Assembly (NCBI GenBank): GCA_965153355.1
Contig: OZ231126.1
Span: 17,546,001-17,610,000 of the forward strand
Source of the DNA: Flaccisagitta enflata
Lineage: Eukaryota
Direction: 5' to 3'
Length of the DNA: 64,000 bases
Shown here: positions 1-11,882 of the stretch, piece by piece
Layout of the letters: each line of letters opens with the position of its first letter
Numbering within the stretch: the stretch's first letter is position 1
The notes under the pieces: model-generated
What the model was told of the DNA's origin: nothing
What the model saw: the letters and a program-made list of their open reading frames with translations, nothing else
Databases searched by the model: none
Translations under genes and position numbers: made by a program

Positions 1-1486
1 TCTGCATAATCATAAAGATATTTTTTTTTCTTTCTGCACCACTGAAAACATGATTTTGACATTGAGGCGACCGATATACGCGATGTACGGTTTTATATGC
101 GGCATTCGGTTTTATATGCATCCATGTTGTGCAATCAATGGTGAATCTTTAAACAGGTGCTCAAGGAATGAGCAATTTAAGCCGTTTGGACCGATTGAAA
201 CAAGGCCGGATACACGGCAGGACAGTCGCGGACGGTTGGCAGGAGCAGTAATGCATAAACCGCCCACAATTCAGAAATGTGACGGACGGACCGACGGACC
301 GACGGACCGACGGACCGACGGACCGACGGACCGACGGACCGACGGACCGACGGACCGAACGACACGGCAAGGTGTAGAGTCGCGTGTCCGCGACTAAAAA
401 TACTTTCGCTGCGCGGGTGTTCCATTGCTACTGTAAGCAGGTTAATTCCATCTAAATCTAATACGTGGGTGCGCAGAGAGGTGCTCAGAATTTGATTCAA
501 TCTGGCCTGTCTTTCAGCAAACATATTTAATTTTTGCCGAAAAAGTGTATCAAGAAAGTAGGAATAGTTTTGTAGGAAAAGTAGACTGTAAGGTACTGGA
601 TGCACTAGTAATGGAACCAAAAAGGAAATATAAGAAGGGAGCTAACCATCTTTTGATTTTTGAAATAAGTTGATTTTACATCAAAGCAACAATTGAGCTA
701 CCTTATTTCCATTTTCCAATCACGCTTGTGCTTAGATTCTGAGCGCAGTGCGATGGTCTTATTATTTTTTTCCTCCTTCTACATTTTGAAGCTTAGTCTT
801 TTCACAAACAGACTTAAGTGGAAAAGCCACGAGTTTGGATGATTTAAATGTCTGATAAAAAGAATGAGATCCTTTTTAAAGCCACTTGAGTGTTTTTCAC
901 ATTGGATTCGGGGAGAAACTTTTTAATTACTTATCCTCAGGGGGAGAAATGACATTAATGGGCAAAATTATAGGACGCTCTTTTATATTGCGACCGTCGC
1001 GTTGGCTTTTTTCTTTCTGTGCTTGGCAAAATCCGAAGAGATTCATTTATTCCTTTTTTTTTAGTTTTTAAGTGAAGTAATCTTACTTCAAAGTAGTTCC
1101 TAATTTGCGATATTTTTGATATTGCTTTAAAAAGGAATTTTGGTCCAGGCTGTAAAAAAAATCATTTTTTAAAAGTTCATGAATGATTTATTGCCCACTA
1201 GCTATGCAAGTTTGTTAAAGCTTCAAGTATCTTTTGCAACTGTCGTTTTGTCCCTTGACTGTTAAAATCTTCAATACCATCATCTTTTTTCCCTTCAAAG
1301 ATTTAAAAAGGCTGAGGCCTGGTTTACGATCTCTCTAACTTGTTTACCCTCTTTAATCGCCCCCGAATTTGTATTCGTCTCTACCTTTTGTCTCTTTATA
1401 CAAGCTCTAAGAGAGCTCTAAGAAACAAACCTTCGATTGTTCATGTTATGCTTCTCTTTAATTATGCCTGCGCAGTTGGCGACAAT

Positions 1487-1583
<97 letters not shown>

Positions 1584-1703
1584 TTTCTCCCGCCTACTAC
1601 TCTTGTCTTTTCCTTAAGAAATAGAGCATAACTTTATTTGGGTTCCCGCTGGTCAATCGGGGTTTGATTTGCATCATTGGCCGTTAAACTGTCAGACGGT
1701 AAT
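1..1703. repeat. Left copy of inverted duplication (partner 22457-24321); may extend left of the window
   Basis: Collinear with the reverse complement of 22457-24321 throughout (e.g. 1-150 vs 24175-24321; 1340-1700 vs 22460-22830), with scattered substitutions and small indels. Confidence 0.9.
201..395 (-). mobile_element. HINE/DINE-1-like non-autonomous Helentron (family A)
   Basis: On - strand: AGTCGCGG..CGCGACT 5' inverted repeat, (GTCC/GTCG)n tract, 3' subTIR CGCGACT, GCCG-TGTATC-CGGC hairpin, CTTG end. Sits in a T-run; absent from the paralogous site at about 23773-23778. Confidence 0.8.
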
Positions 1704-2309
1704 ATTTTTTTTTTTCTTGCCTTTTCACTATTACGAAAAAGTTATATAATTGCACGAATGAGAAACGATATACATCGGTTAACCTTTAAGTAAGTTTTTC
1801 AAGAAGAGCGGAGGGTACGCTGGAATAATGTTTGCCGTCATTGGATCAATAGTTGTATATTCTATTATATTTGGTTATGTTAAAATTGGAATAACATAAA
1901 GATTTTTTAATACATATTTAAACATCAAAATATAAAAAAAATGAAAAAAAAATCATCAAAAAAGATCTCTCATAGCAATATGATACACAAAGTATAAATA
2001 AAGATATCAATTTTTCTTTTTAGAGTCTCAAACAGAATGAGGTGACGATGATTCAAGCCAAATTTGAGATATGTATCTTATTTTCTTGATATTTTATTTA
2101 ATATCTTAAGTATTAAAACCTTGATTTGACCAACTTCCTGTGCTCGCTTAAAGCCGCTTAACGAGATTAAGCTAACCCTGATATATATCTACATGTATGC
2201 AAAAGCTCAATATGAACAGTTTTGTCAGCTAGCATTCAAAAATATTCTATCTTAAGCAAATTAAGTAAATGCAAAAAGACAGTTTATTAGAAAATGATCT
2301 GAGAGAGAG

Positions 2310-2453
<144 letters not shown>

Positions 2454-2749
2454 GTCAGAAAAAGAAAAAGATTGATATAAGTGATTTCTTGCTTTAGATT
2501 ATGAATTTAATAATTTTCTAGTCCCTTGCTTTTACTTATTCCTTAAATAACCAGATTATGAGTTTTGTCCTTAAAAAAAATATTCATTTGTTTCTATATT
2601 ACTCTGAAATGTTGCATTGTATTTTATGATTCTTTTTGCTCTGAGGTATTTGATACTTATTTTTAGTTAAAAAGTGATGATAGCAATAAGGTTCAGCAAT
2701 ACTCGTATAAATCTACAAGCATCTATCTGCCTTTGTGTTAGTGTCTATG

Positions 2750-2833
<84 letters not shown>

Positions 2834-3231
2834 TGAAGTTTTGATGAACTATTCTATTTCTATCCACGGAGAAGATAAGGCGGCAAAATATTCACTGACG
2901 GGTGTTGTGTTCTGAAAGGTCAAAAGATGCTTCGATTTTGCTAAAAATATGCCAATTTCAGCTAGTCCGCAGTATTTTCGTCGAGGAATCCGAAAATCAT
3001 GGTCTCGAAAGGCTCCGAAAACCATTTCAATATCTTATGCCAATACTTACTTTAAGGTTATTTTTCCTTGTTTCCACTAGTCATATTAATTGTTCGTCGC
3101 TGTTCGAGTACAACATTATTGTCAAACAACAAGAATCACCAATCCGTGGCCATTTCATGTCCCCACCGTATTGGCAGAGATATTTGTTTTGCTGATTCTA
3201 CGAGCTAAGGAAATTTTATATTTTCTAACAG

Positions 3232-3400
3232 GGAGAGAGTTCTAGAACCGGTGAACCTCAAAATTCAAGTGTTAACCTTCAGCTTGAGTATAAAGAAGAA
3301 CCTAAATCAAGCACAAAACATCACTTCAGGGGTCCCACCTATCGACTATTGGTGGCAGCCATTTCTGTTCTCTGCGTTTTGATCTTGATGTATACAGTTG
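3232..3400 (+). CDS. Exon of host gene, putative type II membrane protein (TM segment LLVAAISVLCVLILMYTV)
   Basis: ttttctaacag acceptor and G|gtaagt donor; 169 nt open reading GESSRTGEPQ...RLLVAAISVLCVLILMYTV; phase 1 out matches exon 18361-18582. Confidence 0.55.
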
Positions 3401-3479
3401 GTAAGTTTATCAAGTGCGATACAGCATATTCATATCTAGTCGTGACGAATCGTCATCGCAAGCACCGGTAGTAAAACTA

Positions 3480-3743
3480 TTAAAACAACGTTTAATCGCA
3501 TCATGGAGATTCAGTGCAGAGTGAGCAAAAGCCAGGTCTTTGACCACTCTCTCTTTTTCTATTTCCTCTCTCTTCAATCCCCAATTTTCTCTCTTTCCCT
3601 TTAAATTCTCTCTCCCTCTCTCTTTATCTTTCTTTTTGACTCTGCTGATGCCCAAAGTGGTTTTTGAAAGTTAAGGCAAAAAAGGTGTGTTTTTTCGCTC
3701 ACTCTGCACTGTATCTCCACAATGCGATTAAATTTTGTTTTAA
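3480..3743. mobile_element. TA-flanked MITE with about 50-bp TIRs
   Basis: ttaaaacaacgtttaatcgcatcatggagattcagtgcagagtgagc matches the reverse complement of 3698-3743; TA on both sides. Confidence 0.7.
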
Positions 3744-3862
3744 TATCTGGTCGTGTCCTTCTCTAGGTCGGTTCAATCTTCCTTCAATTCGTAAATCATT
3801 ATTGCGTCATTCAGTAAATCAGGCATCTCAGTCATTGGGCTATGAGACGAATTTCAAAAAAG

Positions 3863-3967
3863 TTCATGACAGGTGGAACAATATCCCTCTGTATACCCAA
3901 ACTAAGGAACATGGAAGAGGGCCTGTGAGCCCTCATTGACTAGTTACTACGCGCATCACTCTTAGTT
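3863..3967. repeat. Dispersed repeat fragment (inverted copy at about 39880-39985)
   Basis: gactagttactacgcgcatcactc and its flanks match the reverse complement of 39880-39985. Confidence 0.7.
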
Positions 3968-4922
3968 GTCCATCTTGCAAAACTAACTTAGCGAAATCCA
4001 TTCTGAGTCTAACCCAATCATGGTTCACTTAGCCAATGGACTAAAAAAGGGAAAAAAAAAATAAGCAAAGTCCTAAACCTTTCAAAGGCGCAAGAAGATC
4101 CAATCTGGTATTTCCCGTTACCTGCACAAGTTGAGCTAGCTGCATTATTTCTAGTCGCAAAAAAAAATCAAGTAAGGAGGCTAAAAAAAGGTCAATCTTG
4201 TGTAAAAAAAACCTGGGGAATCCAACCGTGACCTTTTTAGAGCCCTACGCGGGGGCGTTTAGAAACGGCCCCAAAAAAAACACCAAAAAATGGCTATTTT
4301 TGGGTATTTTTGGCCAAAATTTTGTACTTAAATGGAGGCCAAGTGTTTGAATTCATAGTTGGATATATTTCAAAATGTGAGAGACCAGTAAAACAAGAAT
4401 CATCATATCAATGAAATCGCTGTAAGTTCGCCGGCCCTGGATCAAAACAAACCCGAACTGTAGAATCGCTTACCGTAACTAATTGGATTTTTCGTCTGCA
4501 TCTCATTCTATCCTCAGCATCTGATGCGTTTCATCTTTCTGTAACGACATCACCCCGCTTTATTCAGTATCAGAAAGAAATGTAGGTCACACAATACCGA
4601 TTGACACCTTACTATCGTACGTTTAAGCAACCAATTAAGATTTCTTCTCCAAATATGAAGGAAAAAGATTTCCGACAGCAATATGCAAATTAGCGCAAAC
4701 GACTACCTCAGCGAAAATTATTTTGTTTTAATTGACATCTTAAAGATAACAAAACCACGATGTTTGAAACTTTTTTTTTAGCTTTCTTCATGCGTCACAG
4801 CAAAATAAGAATAAGAAGTTGATTTCAACTCTTTTAACATGAACAAACAGAGAATGATTTATTCTTTTACGTCGTCTTATGCGGTCTGACATTTAGAATT
4901 GTTTCTGTTGTTGTCGATTCCA

Positions 4923-5248
4923 TCACTCTAAGACGATGAGATCTACCAGGCTGTCATCAATTTCGTCGGAAATGTCCACTAATACGATCTGTTTGGACGA
5001 GGCGAGACCAACCACAGGTGGCGTTGCCGGCAACGAGAAAGATAAGGGAGAGGAGGCAGCTAGAGGAACAGAGGAGTTAGGAAGAGAGGAAAGAGGAGGA
5101 GGAGGCAATGGAAGATGAAGGGAAGGATCCGAAGATTGAGGAGGAGGAGGAGGAGGAGGAGGAGGAGGAGGAGGCAATGGGAGATGAAGGGAAGGATCCG
5201 AAGATTGAGGAGGAGGTGGAGCCGGTCCCTCGTAATCCGAAACACCAT
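4923..5248 (-). CDS. Possible Pro-rich exon near the 3' end of the transposon (function unknown)
   Basis: Strong acceptor ttttttttcccaaacag; open Pro/Ser-rich frame ending in an acidic IVLVDISDEIDDSLVDLIVLE tail; internal duplication. No clean splice link to the transposase found. Confidence 0.3.
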
Positions 5249-5270
5249 CTGTTTGGGAAAAAAAAACATA

Positions 5271-5445
5271 CAGTGGAGCTTCACTAGAGCGCACCCGCTA
5301 ATAAGGCATGCCTGCCTATAAGGCATTCTACCCTCTGTCCCATGAGAGATTTTGTAGTTATTTCTATGTTGGCAATAAGGCAGCTTCAGTATAAGGCATA
5401 ATTTTTACTCTGTCCCTTGAAATGCGCTCTAGTGAAGTCCAACTG
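5271..5445. mobile_element. Tc1/mariner-pogo-type MITE
   Basis: TA TSD (5269-5270, 5446-5447); TIR CAGTGGAGCTTCACTAGAGCGCA vs CAGTTGGACTTCACTAGAGCGCA. Confidence 0.85.
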
Positions 5446-5573
5446 TATGTCATTTTAGTTTAAAATCGCAAACGTTTCTTACATCACTATCCCTGTTTAA
5501 CAACCTGCACGGCGCAGGCTGCACCTGGTGGTCAGGTTGGGTGTATCTGATCATTTAATCAACTACAAAGATT

Positions 5574-6642
5574 TTAACCTCTTGAGGGATTCTGATAGAG
5601 TTCAATCGTAGTCAAGGCATCCATCAGCGCTTCATGGTTCTGTTTTCGTGTCTTCTTTCCCGTCTTTGAAAAAATCAAATCGCGTAACTCTTTGCTTGAA
5701 AGTTCAGCGTATGGCGAAGTTTGGGCTGCTGTCGCTGCTGCTCTTTCTTCTGCTTCTTTTTCTCGTCGCTGCCTCTCAGCTGCCTTTTGTCTTTTGCTGA
5801 TTTCCGGATTTGGCGTAGGCGCTTTTCGTTTTCGCGAGGATTTGGCCTCTTCCTCTCTAGCTATCGTCTCTTGCAGTTGGAGACGCAACTCTGCCTGAAG
5901 GGTCTGCTTCGGGAATTTGTGTGAGGTGCGTTGCAAGTGAGTCCGCTTGACACTATCGTTCGCCGCCTCTACAAGTTCGCCCGATAACTTGTTTACGTTG
6001 CCGAACAACTTCACACTCATGGGCAAATGCGTAACAATTATGTGGACGTATGGGGTGATCGAAAATTTCATCTCCTTGAATAATTTCCCCCATTCTTGAG
6101 CTTTTCTTGCTACCTCCTCCGCGTCAGATTGTGAGCAATTGCTAACCAATTCTAATAGGGCCGAGAATTCTTCAAACAGACCGGCAAACTTCATTTTTCT
6201 CTCCCCCGGTAAAATGCCGTCGGAGTTTCTAAGCGCAGGGCCAATTCCTTGAAAAAGCTTCCTCCACAACACACCTGTCAATGCGTTGTGAGACAGTTTT
6301 GCCCTTCCATGATTATCTGCCTCATAAGTGGTAAATGAAACCCCCAAGTCACGTACAAGCTGCTCCAAAGGCTTCGCCAATTTGTCGCCAGTGTACTCGA
6401 CGACTTCATTCATCATTTCGCTCATTAATTTGTCGCCAACCCGCATTCGAGCATGAAGGATGTCTGGGGGAACGCCGTAGATGAGTGGAGTTTCCGCGCC
6501 AAGAGGAATGGTTGGGATAGGTGGTCGCTTCACGCTGGCCTCTTTGTTTCCAGACAGTCGACCAGCTTCTCGACCGATATTTCCGCGCGTCCTTGCTTCC
6601 CCCACTTCATTGAACACTTTCCAGCCGTCATCTTGATCAATC

Positions 6643-6643
<1 letters not shown>
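5574..6643 (-). CDS. RAG1/Transib-like transposase, last coding exon (LH motif, HxxxxH, catalytic E, C-terminal SAP/HeH-like helices)
   Basis: PPDILHARMR resembles RAG1 DALHCDIG; ITPYVHIIVTHLP..FGNVNKLSGELVEAAND resembles RAG1 ITNYFHKTLAHVP..DGSIGAWASEGNESGNK; (CT)n-cag acceptor, phase 1. Confidence 0.85.
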
Positions 6644-6727
<84 letters not shown>

Positions 6728-7263
6728 GAGTGAGAAAGAGAGTGAGAAAAAGAGAACGTGATCTTTCCGTATTATCAATGAGTCTGTGTTTTGTCTATCT
6801 GGTTGTCTTTCTTCTTTATCGCTTTCTTTCAAGCTTTCATTTGGCAATTTCTTAAAAGTCCGTCCGCCCGTCTGTGTCTCATTCTAACTTTCTTTCTTCA
6901 ATTTATTCTTTCAATCTTTTATACTTTACCTTCTTGGGTACATTCAATCTTTCTTACATTCTGTCTTTCTCTCTTTCAAACTTTCTTTCAACCTTTCTAT
7001 TGATATTTCTTTGTTTGTCTGTTTCTTTCTTCCTTCCTTTCTTCCTTCCTTCCTTCCTTCCTTCCTTCCTTCCTTCCTTCCTTCCTTCCTTCCTTTTTCT
7101 TTCTTTCTTTCTCTCTTTCTTCCTTTCTTTCTTTCAATCTTTCTTTCTGTGTCTGTCTGTCTGTCCGTCTGTCAGTCTGTCTTTCTTTCCTTCTTTCTTC
7201 AATTCATTCTTTCAATCTTTTACTTTTTCTTTCCAATGCCAGTACTTTCTTTCTTCCGTTTTT

Positions 7264-7375
7264 AGGTGCGACAAAGCACCTCTATAACTGGCTCTGTCCG
7301 TCGGTTGGTCTGTCTGTCTGTAACGCATTCGTTTGACGATCAACACGTCGCACCTTATTGGCCTACTTGGCCTTG
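7264..7375 (+). mobile_element. Short HINE-like element
   Basis: AGGTGCGA..GCACCT 5' inverted repeat, GTCT/GTCG tract, TCGCACCT 3' subTIR, GGCC-TACTT-GGCC hairpin, CTTG end, in a T-run. Confidence 0.7.
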
Positions 7376-7392
7376 TTTCTTTCTTTCCTTTT

Positions 7393-7456
<64 letters not shown>

Positions 7457-7623
7457 TTTCTTTCTTTCTTTTTTCTTTCTTTCAATCTTTCTTCCAATAT
7501 TTTTTGAATCATTGTTTCTTTCTTTCTCGCTTTCTTCTAATCTTTCTTTGTCTTTCTGTCAGTCTGTCAGTCTTTCTTACTTTTTTTCTTCTTTCCTTTA
7601 TTTTTTTTCTCTCTGTCTGTCTG

Positions 7624-7696
<73 letters not shown>

Positions 7697-7744
7697 TTAG
7701 TCTGTCTGTCTTTCTGTCTGCCTGACTGTCTCAATCTGTCTTAC

Positions 7745-7843
7745 TTGAGCCGAAAGCATCTTTGTGTGCCGTGCAAAAAAGACATGGATAGTTCGCTGTC
7801 GCATTTGAGAGTCCGTACACCATCAACAGAAATTTGAGATCTC
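7745..7843 (-). CDS. Transposase exon with second catalytic Asp and CxxC
   Basis: (G)DLKFLLMVYGLSNATANYPCLFCTAHKD resembles RAG1 [29 protein letters not shown] and the Chapaev GDLK..CFLC motif; cag acceptor, gtaag donor; 99 nt, phase 1 to 1. Confidence 0.85.
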
Positions 7844-8010
7844 CTGTTAACAAAGCCGGATACACGGGCCAAGACAGTGTGGCGTTAATAATTCTTAGAC
7901 ATATCCCTAGCTCTATCAGACCTATCCCAAGCTCTATTGGCCTAATCATAGATGAATGAGATAATAAATGAAATGACAAGTAACATGACGGATGAACGAG
8001 ATGAGTTTTT

Positions 8011-8192
8011 AAGTGCGTCCTCGCACTTCTATTAGAGGTCATGTCCGTTGGTCGGTCGGTCGGTTGGTGGGTCGGTAACGCAATCGTTTCACTCATTCAT
8101 TCATTCATTCATTTATTCATTCATTCATTCATCAAAAACGTTCATTCACAAATTCTTAATCAAGCGAGGCGCACTTATTGGCCTTAACTTGG
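8011..8192 (+). mobile_element. HINE-like element with (ATTC)n core; same family at 35149-35561 (-)
   Basis: AAGTGCGTCCTCGCACTT inverted repeat, GGTC tract, GCGCACTTATTGGCC 3' part; same motifs occur inverted at 35149-35561. Confidence 0.75.
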
Positions 8193-8329
8193 TAAGTGTG
8201 TGTGTGTAAGTGTGAGTGTGTGTGTGTGTGTGTGCGTGTGTGTGTGTGTGCGTGTGTGTGTGCGTGTGTGTGTGAGTTTTTGTCAGTAGGGGGGATGTAC
8301 ATACCCCTGTCATCCCGTCCATGACCATA

Positions 8330-8479
8330 CACTTTTTATCTTTTATAAGAACCTAGTTTATAAGAACATCAAGGCTTGAAATTGCCCCAAAATTAAGAAC
8401 ACTATAGTTATTTCATTAGTAGCTATCTCTTTTGAAGGCTTTGGCCAAAAAATGATGTTCTTATAAAAAATAAAAAGTG
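8330..8479. mobile_element. TA-flanked MITE
   Basis: TIR CACTTTTTATCTTTTATAAGAAC / GTTCTTATAAAAAATAAAAAGTG; TA on both sides. Confidence 0.75.
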
Positions 8480-8520
8480 TAATACAGCCCGTATCCTACT
8501 CCTAACTGGAAAATTGTTAC

Positions 8521-8638
8521 CTCCGAGGACACAATTTATCCTTATCCTGGCACCCGTTTCTTCATCGACGTAGACGCGGTTCTGTGACGCAAACTCTTGA
8601 AATTCTTTCATCGTTTGCGTGAGGCTTGCAGCGAGGAT
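8521..8638 (-). CDS. Transposase exon (ILAASLTQTMKEFQEF..INCVLG)
   Basis: Spliced junction ESYD|ILAASLTQTMKE resembles RAG1 ESDHETLTAILSPLIAE; aag acceptor, gtaac donor; phase 0 to 1. Confidence 0.75.
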
Positions 8639-8734
8639 CTTGAGCAGTTAGAAAAGGACGCCAAGACTGGCCTTAATCATCACATCACATATCATTTGTT
8701 TTTATTTCTTTTGGGATTATTTATATCATCTTAC

Positions 8735-8977
8735 ATCGTAGCTTTCATTAGCCATAACCACAGCGATTGTGCCGAGTTGTAAGGGCTTCGTGTCATTGCA
8801 AAGCGTAAGCGTTGTCACGGTGGCATTTTCGCGACGCGTTATCGACGTTCCATCGGAGGCGAGTTTGAATGTCGCTTCATCACCATCTTTAAGGCCTCCA
8901 ATACGCAGTTGGTGTTTTAGCATCGAGACAGCCTCCGGCCCAAGAGGCACGCGAGCGCCAGGAGTTGTCCCGGCCGT
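8735..8977 (-). CDS. Transposase exon with first catalytic Asp
   Basis: TFKLASDGT resembles RAG1 VVKESCDGM and Transib KWGCDGS; (CT)n-ccag acceptor, gtaaga donor; 243 nt, phase 0 to 0. Confidence 0.8.
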
Positions 8978-8978
8978 C

Positions 8979-9102
<124 letters not shown>

Positions 9103-9289
9103 GACAGAGAGAGACAGAGAGAGACAGAGAGAGACAGAGAGAGACAGAGAGAGACAGAGAGATAGAAAGACGGAGCGATAGAGACGGAGAGACACACAGA
9201 GAAATAATAACTGGAGAAAGAATGAAAATAAAAACAGGACAATTGGCAGAAAAATCTCAAAAGAGTATGGATCCGCAACTGGGGTCAAT

Positions 9290-11607
9290 CGGCGTTGTCA
9301 AATGGCGTCTTCAAATGGCATTGTCAAACGGCATTGTCGAACGGCATTGTCGAACGGCATTGTCGAACGGCATTGTCAAACGGCATTGTCAAACGGCATT
9401 GTCAAACGGCAATGTCAAATGGCATTCTCAAACGGCATTCTCAAGCGGCATTCTCAAACGACATTGTCAAACGGCATTGTCAAATGGCATTGTCAAACGG
9501 CATCGTCAAATGGCATGGCATTGTCAAACGGCATTGTCAAACGGCATTGTCAAATGGCATTGTCAAACGGCATTGTCAAACGGCATTGTCAAACGGCATT
9601 GTCAAACGGCATTGTCAAACGGCATTGTCAAACGGCATTGTCAAATGGCATTCTCAAACGGCATTCTCAAACGGCATTCTCAAACGGCATTGTCAAACGG
9701 CATTGTCAAATGGCATTGTCAAACGGCATCGTCAAATGGCATGGCATTGTCAAACGGCATTGTCAAACGGCATTGTCAAATGGCATTGTCAAACAGCATT
9801 GTCAAACAGCATTGTTAAACGGCATTGTCAAACGGCATTGTCAAACGGCATTGTCAAACGGCATTGTCAAATGGCATTGTCAAACGGCATTGTCAAACGG
9901 CATTGTCAAATGGCATTGTCAAACGGCATTGTCAAACGGCATCGTCAAATGGCATTGTCAAACGGCATTGTCAAATGGCATTGTCAAATGGCATTCTCAT
10001 ACGGCATTGTCAAACAGCATTGTCAAACGGCATGGCATCGTCTAACAGCATTGTCAAACGGCATTGTCAAACGGCATTGTCAAACGGCATTGTCAAATGG
10101 CATTGTCAAACAGCTTCGTCAAACGGCATTGTCAAAAGGCATTGTCAAAAGGCATTGTCAAACGGCATTGTCAAATGGCACTGTCAAAAGGCATTGTCAA
10201 ACGGCATCGTCAAACGGCATTGTCAAATGGCATCGTCAAACGGCATCGTCAAATGTCATTGTCAAATGGCATTCTCAAATGGCATCGTCAAACGGCATGG
10301 CATCATCAAACAGCATTGTCAAACGGCATTGTTAAATGGCATTGTCAAATGGCATTGTCAATCAGCATTGTCAAACAGCATTGTCAAACGGCATTGTCAA
10401 ACGGCATTGTCAAACGGCATTGTCAAACGGCATTGTCAAATGGCATCGTCAAACGGCATTGTCAAACGGCATTGTCAAATGGCATTCTCATATGGCATTG
10501 TCAAACAGCATTGTCAAACGGCATGGCATTGTCTAACAGCATTGTCAAACGGCATTGTCAAACGGCATTGTCAAATGGCATTGTCAAACAGCATTGTCAA
10601 ACGGCATCGTCAAACGGCATTGTCAAAAGGCATTGTCAAACGGCATTGTCAAATGGCATTGTCAAACGGCATTGTCAAACGGCATCGTCAAACGGCATTG
10701 TCAAACGGCATCGTCAAACGGCATTGTCAAATGTCATTGTCAAATGGCATTCTCAAACGGCATCGTCAAACGGCATGGCATCGTCAAACAGCATTGTCAA
10801 ACGGCATTGTCAAACGGCATTGTCAAATGGCATTGTCAAACAGCATTGTCAAACAGCATCGTCAAACGGCATTGTCAAAAGGCATTGTCAAACGGCATTG
10901 TCAAACGGCATTGTCAAATGGCATTGTCAAACGGCATCGTCAAACGGCATCGTCAAACGGCATCGTCAAACGGCATCGTCAAACGTCATTGTCAAATGTC
11001 ATTGTCAAATGGCATTCTCAAACAGCATCGACAAACGACATCGTAAAACCGCATGGCATCGTCAAACGGCATTGTTAAACGGCATTGTCAAACGGCATTG
11101 TCAAACGGCATTGTCAAATGGCATTGTCAAATGGCATTGTCGAACGGCATCGTCATACGGCATCATCAAACGGCATTGTCAAATGACATTGTCAAACGGC
11201 ATTGTCAAAAGGCATCTTCAAACGGCATTGTCAAATGGCATTGTCAAACAGCATTGTCAAACAGCATTGTCAAACGGCATTGTCAAACAGCATTGTCAAA
11301 CAGCATCATCAAACGTCATTGTCAAACGTCATTGTCAAACGTCATTGTCAAACGGCATTGTCAAACGGCATTGTCAAACGGCATTGTCAAACGGCATTGT
11401 CAAACGGCATTGTCAAATGGCATCGTCAAACGGCATTGTCAAACGGCATGGCATTGTCAAACGGCATTGTCAAACGGCATTGTCAAACGGCATCGTCAAA
11501 CGGCATTGTCAAACGGCATTGTCAAACGGCATTGTCAAACGGCATTGTCAAACGGCATTGTCAAACGGCATTGTCAAACGGCATTGTCAAACGGCATTGT
11601 CAAATGG
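9290..11607. repeat. 13-bp minisatellite (GGCATTGTCAAAC)n, about 175 units, intronic
   Basis: Direct tandem units with point variants and periodic GGCAT insertions. Confidence 0.95.
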
Positions 11608-11734
11608 TGCGGACAAAAAAAGAGAGAAAGAAGATAGAAAGAAAGAATGAATGAATGAATGAATGAATGAATGAATGAATGAATGAACGAACGAATGAAT
11701 GAATGAATGAATGAAAGAAAGAAAGAAAGAAAAA

Positions 11735-11778
<44 letters not shown>

Positions 11779-11882
11779 GAGAAAGAAAGAAAGAAAGACT
11801 GGCATTTGAGAATGTATCGCAATTGTTCAGTATGAAAAGAGACTGATGAATAAGACGCAAAAAATTTGAAAAAGATTGTCAC

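Noticed and set aside
9290-11607. CRISPR array
   Set aside because: No unique spacers, no cas genes, eukaryotic context; the same applies to the 67-bp and 20-bp arrays.
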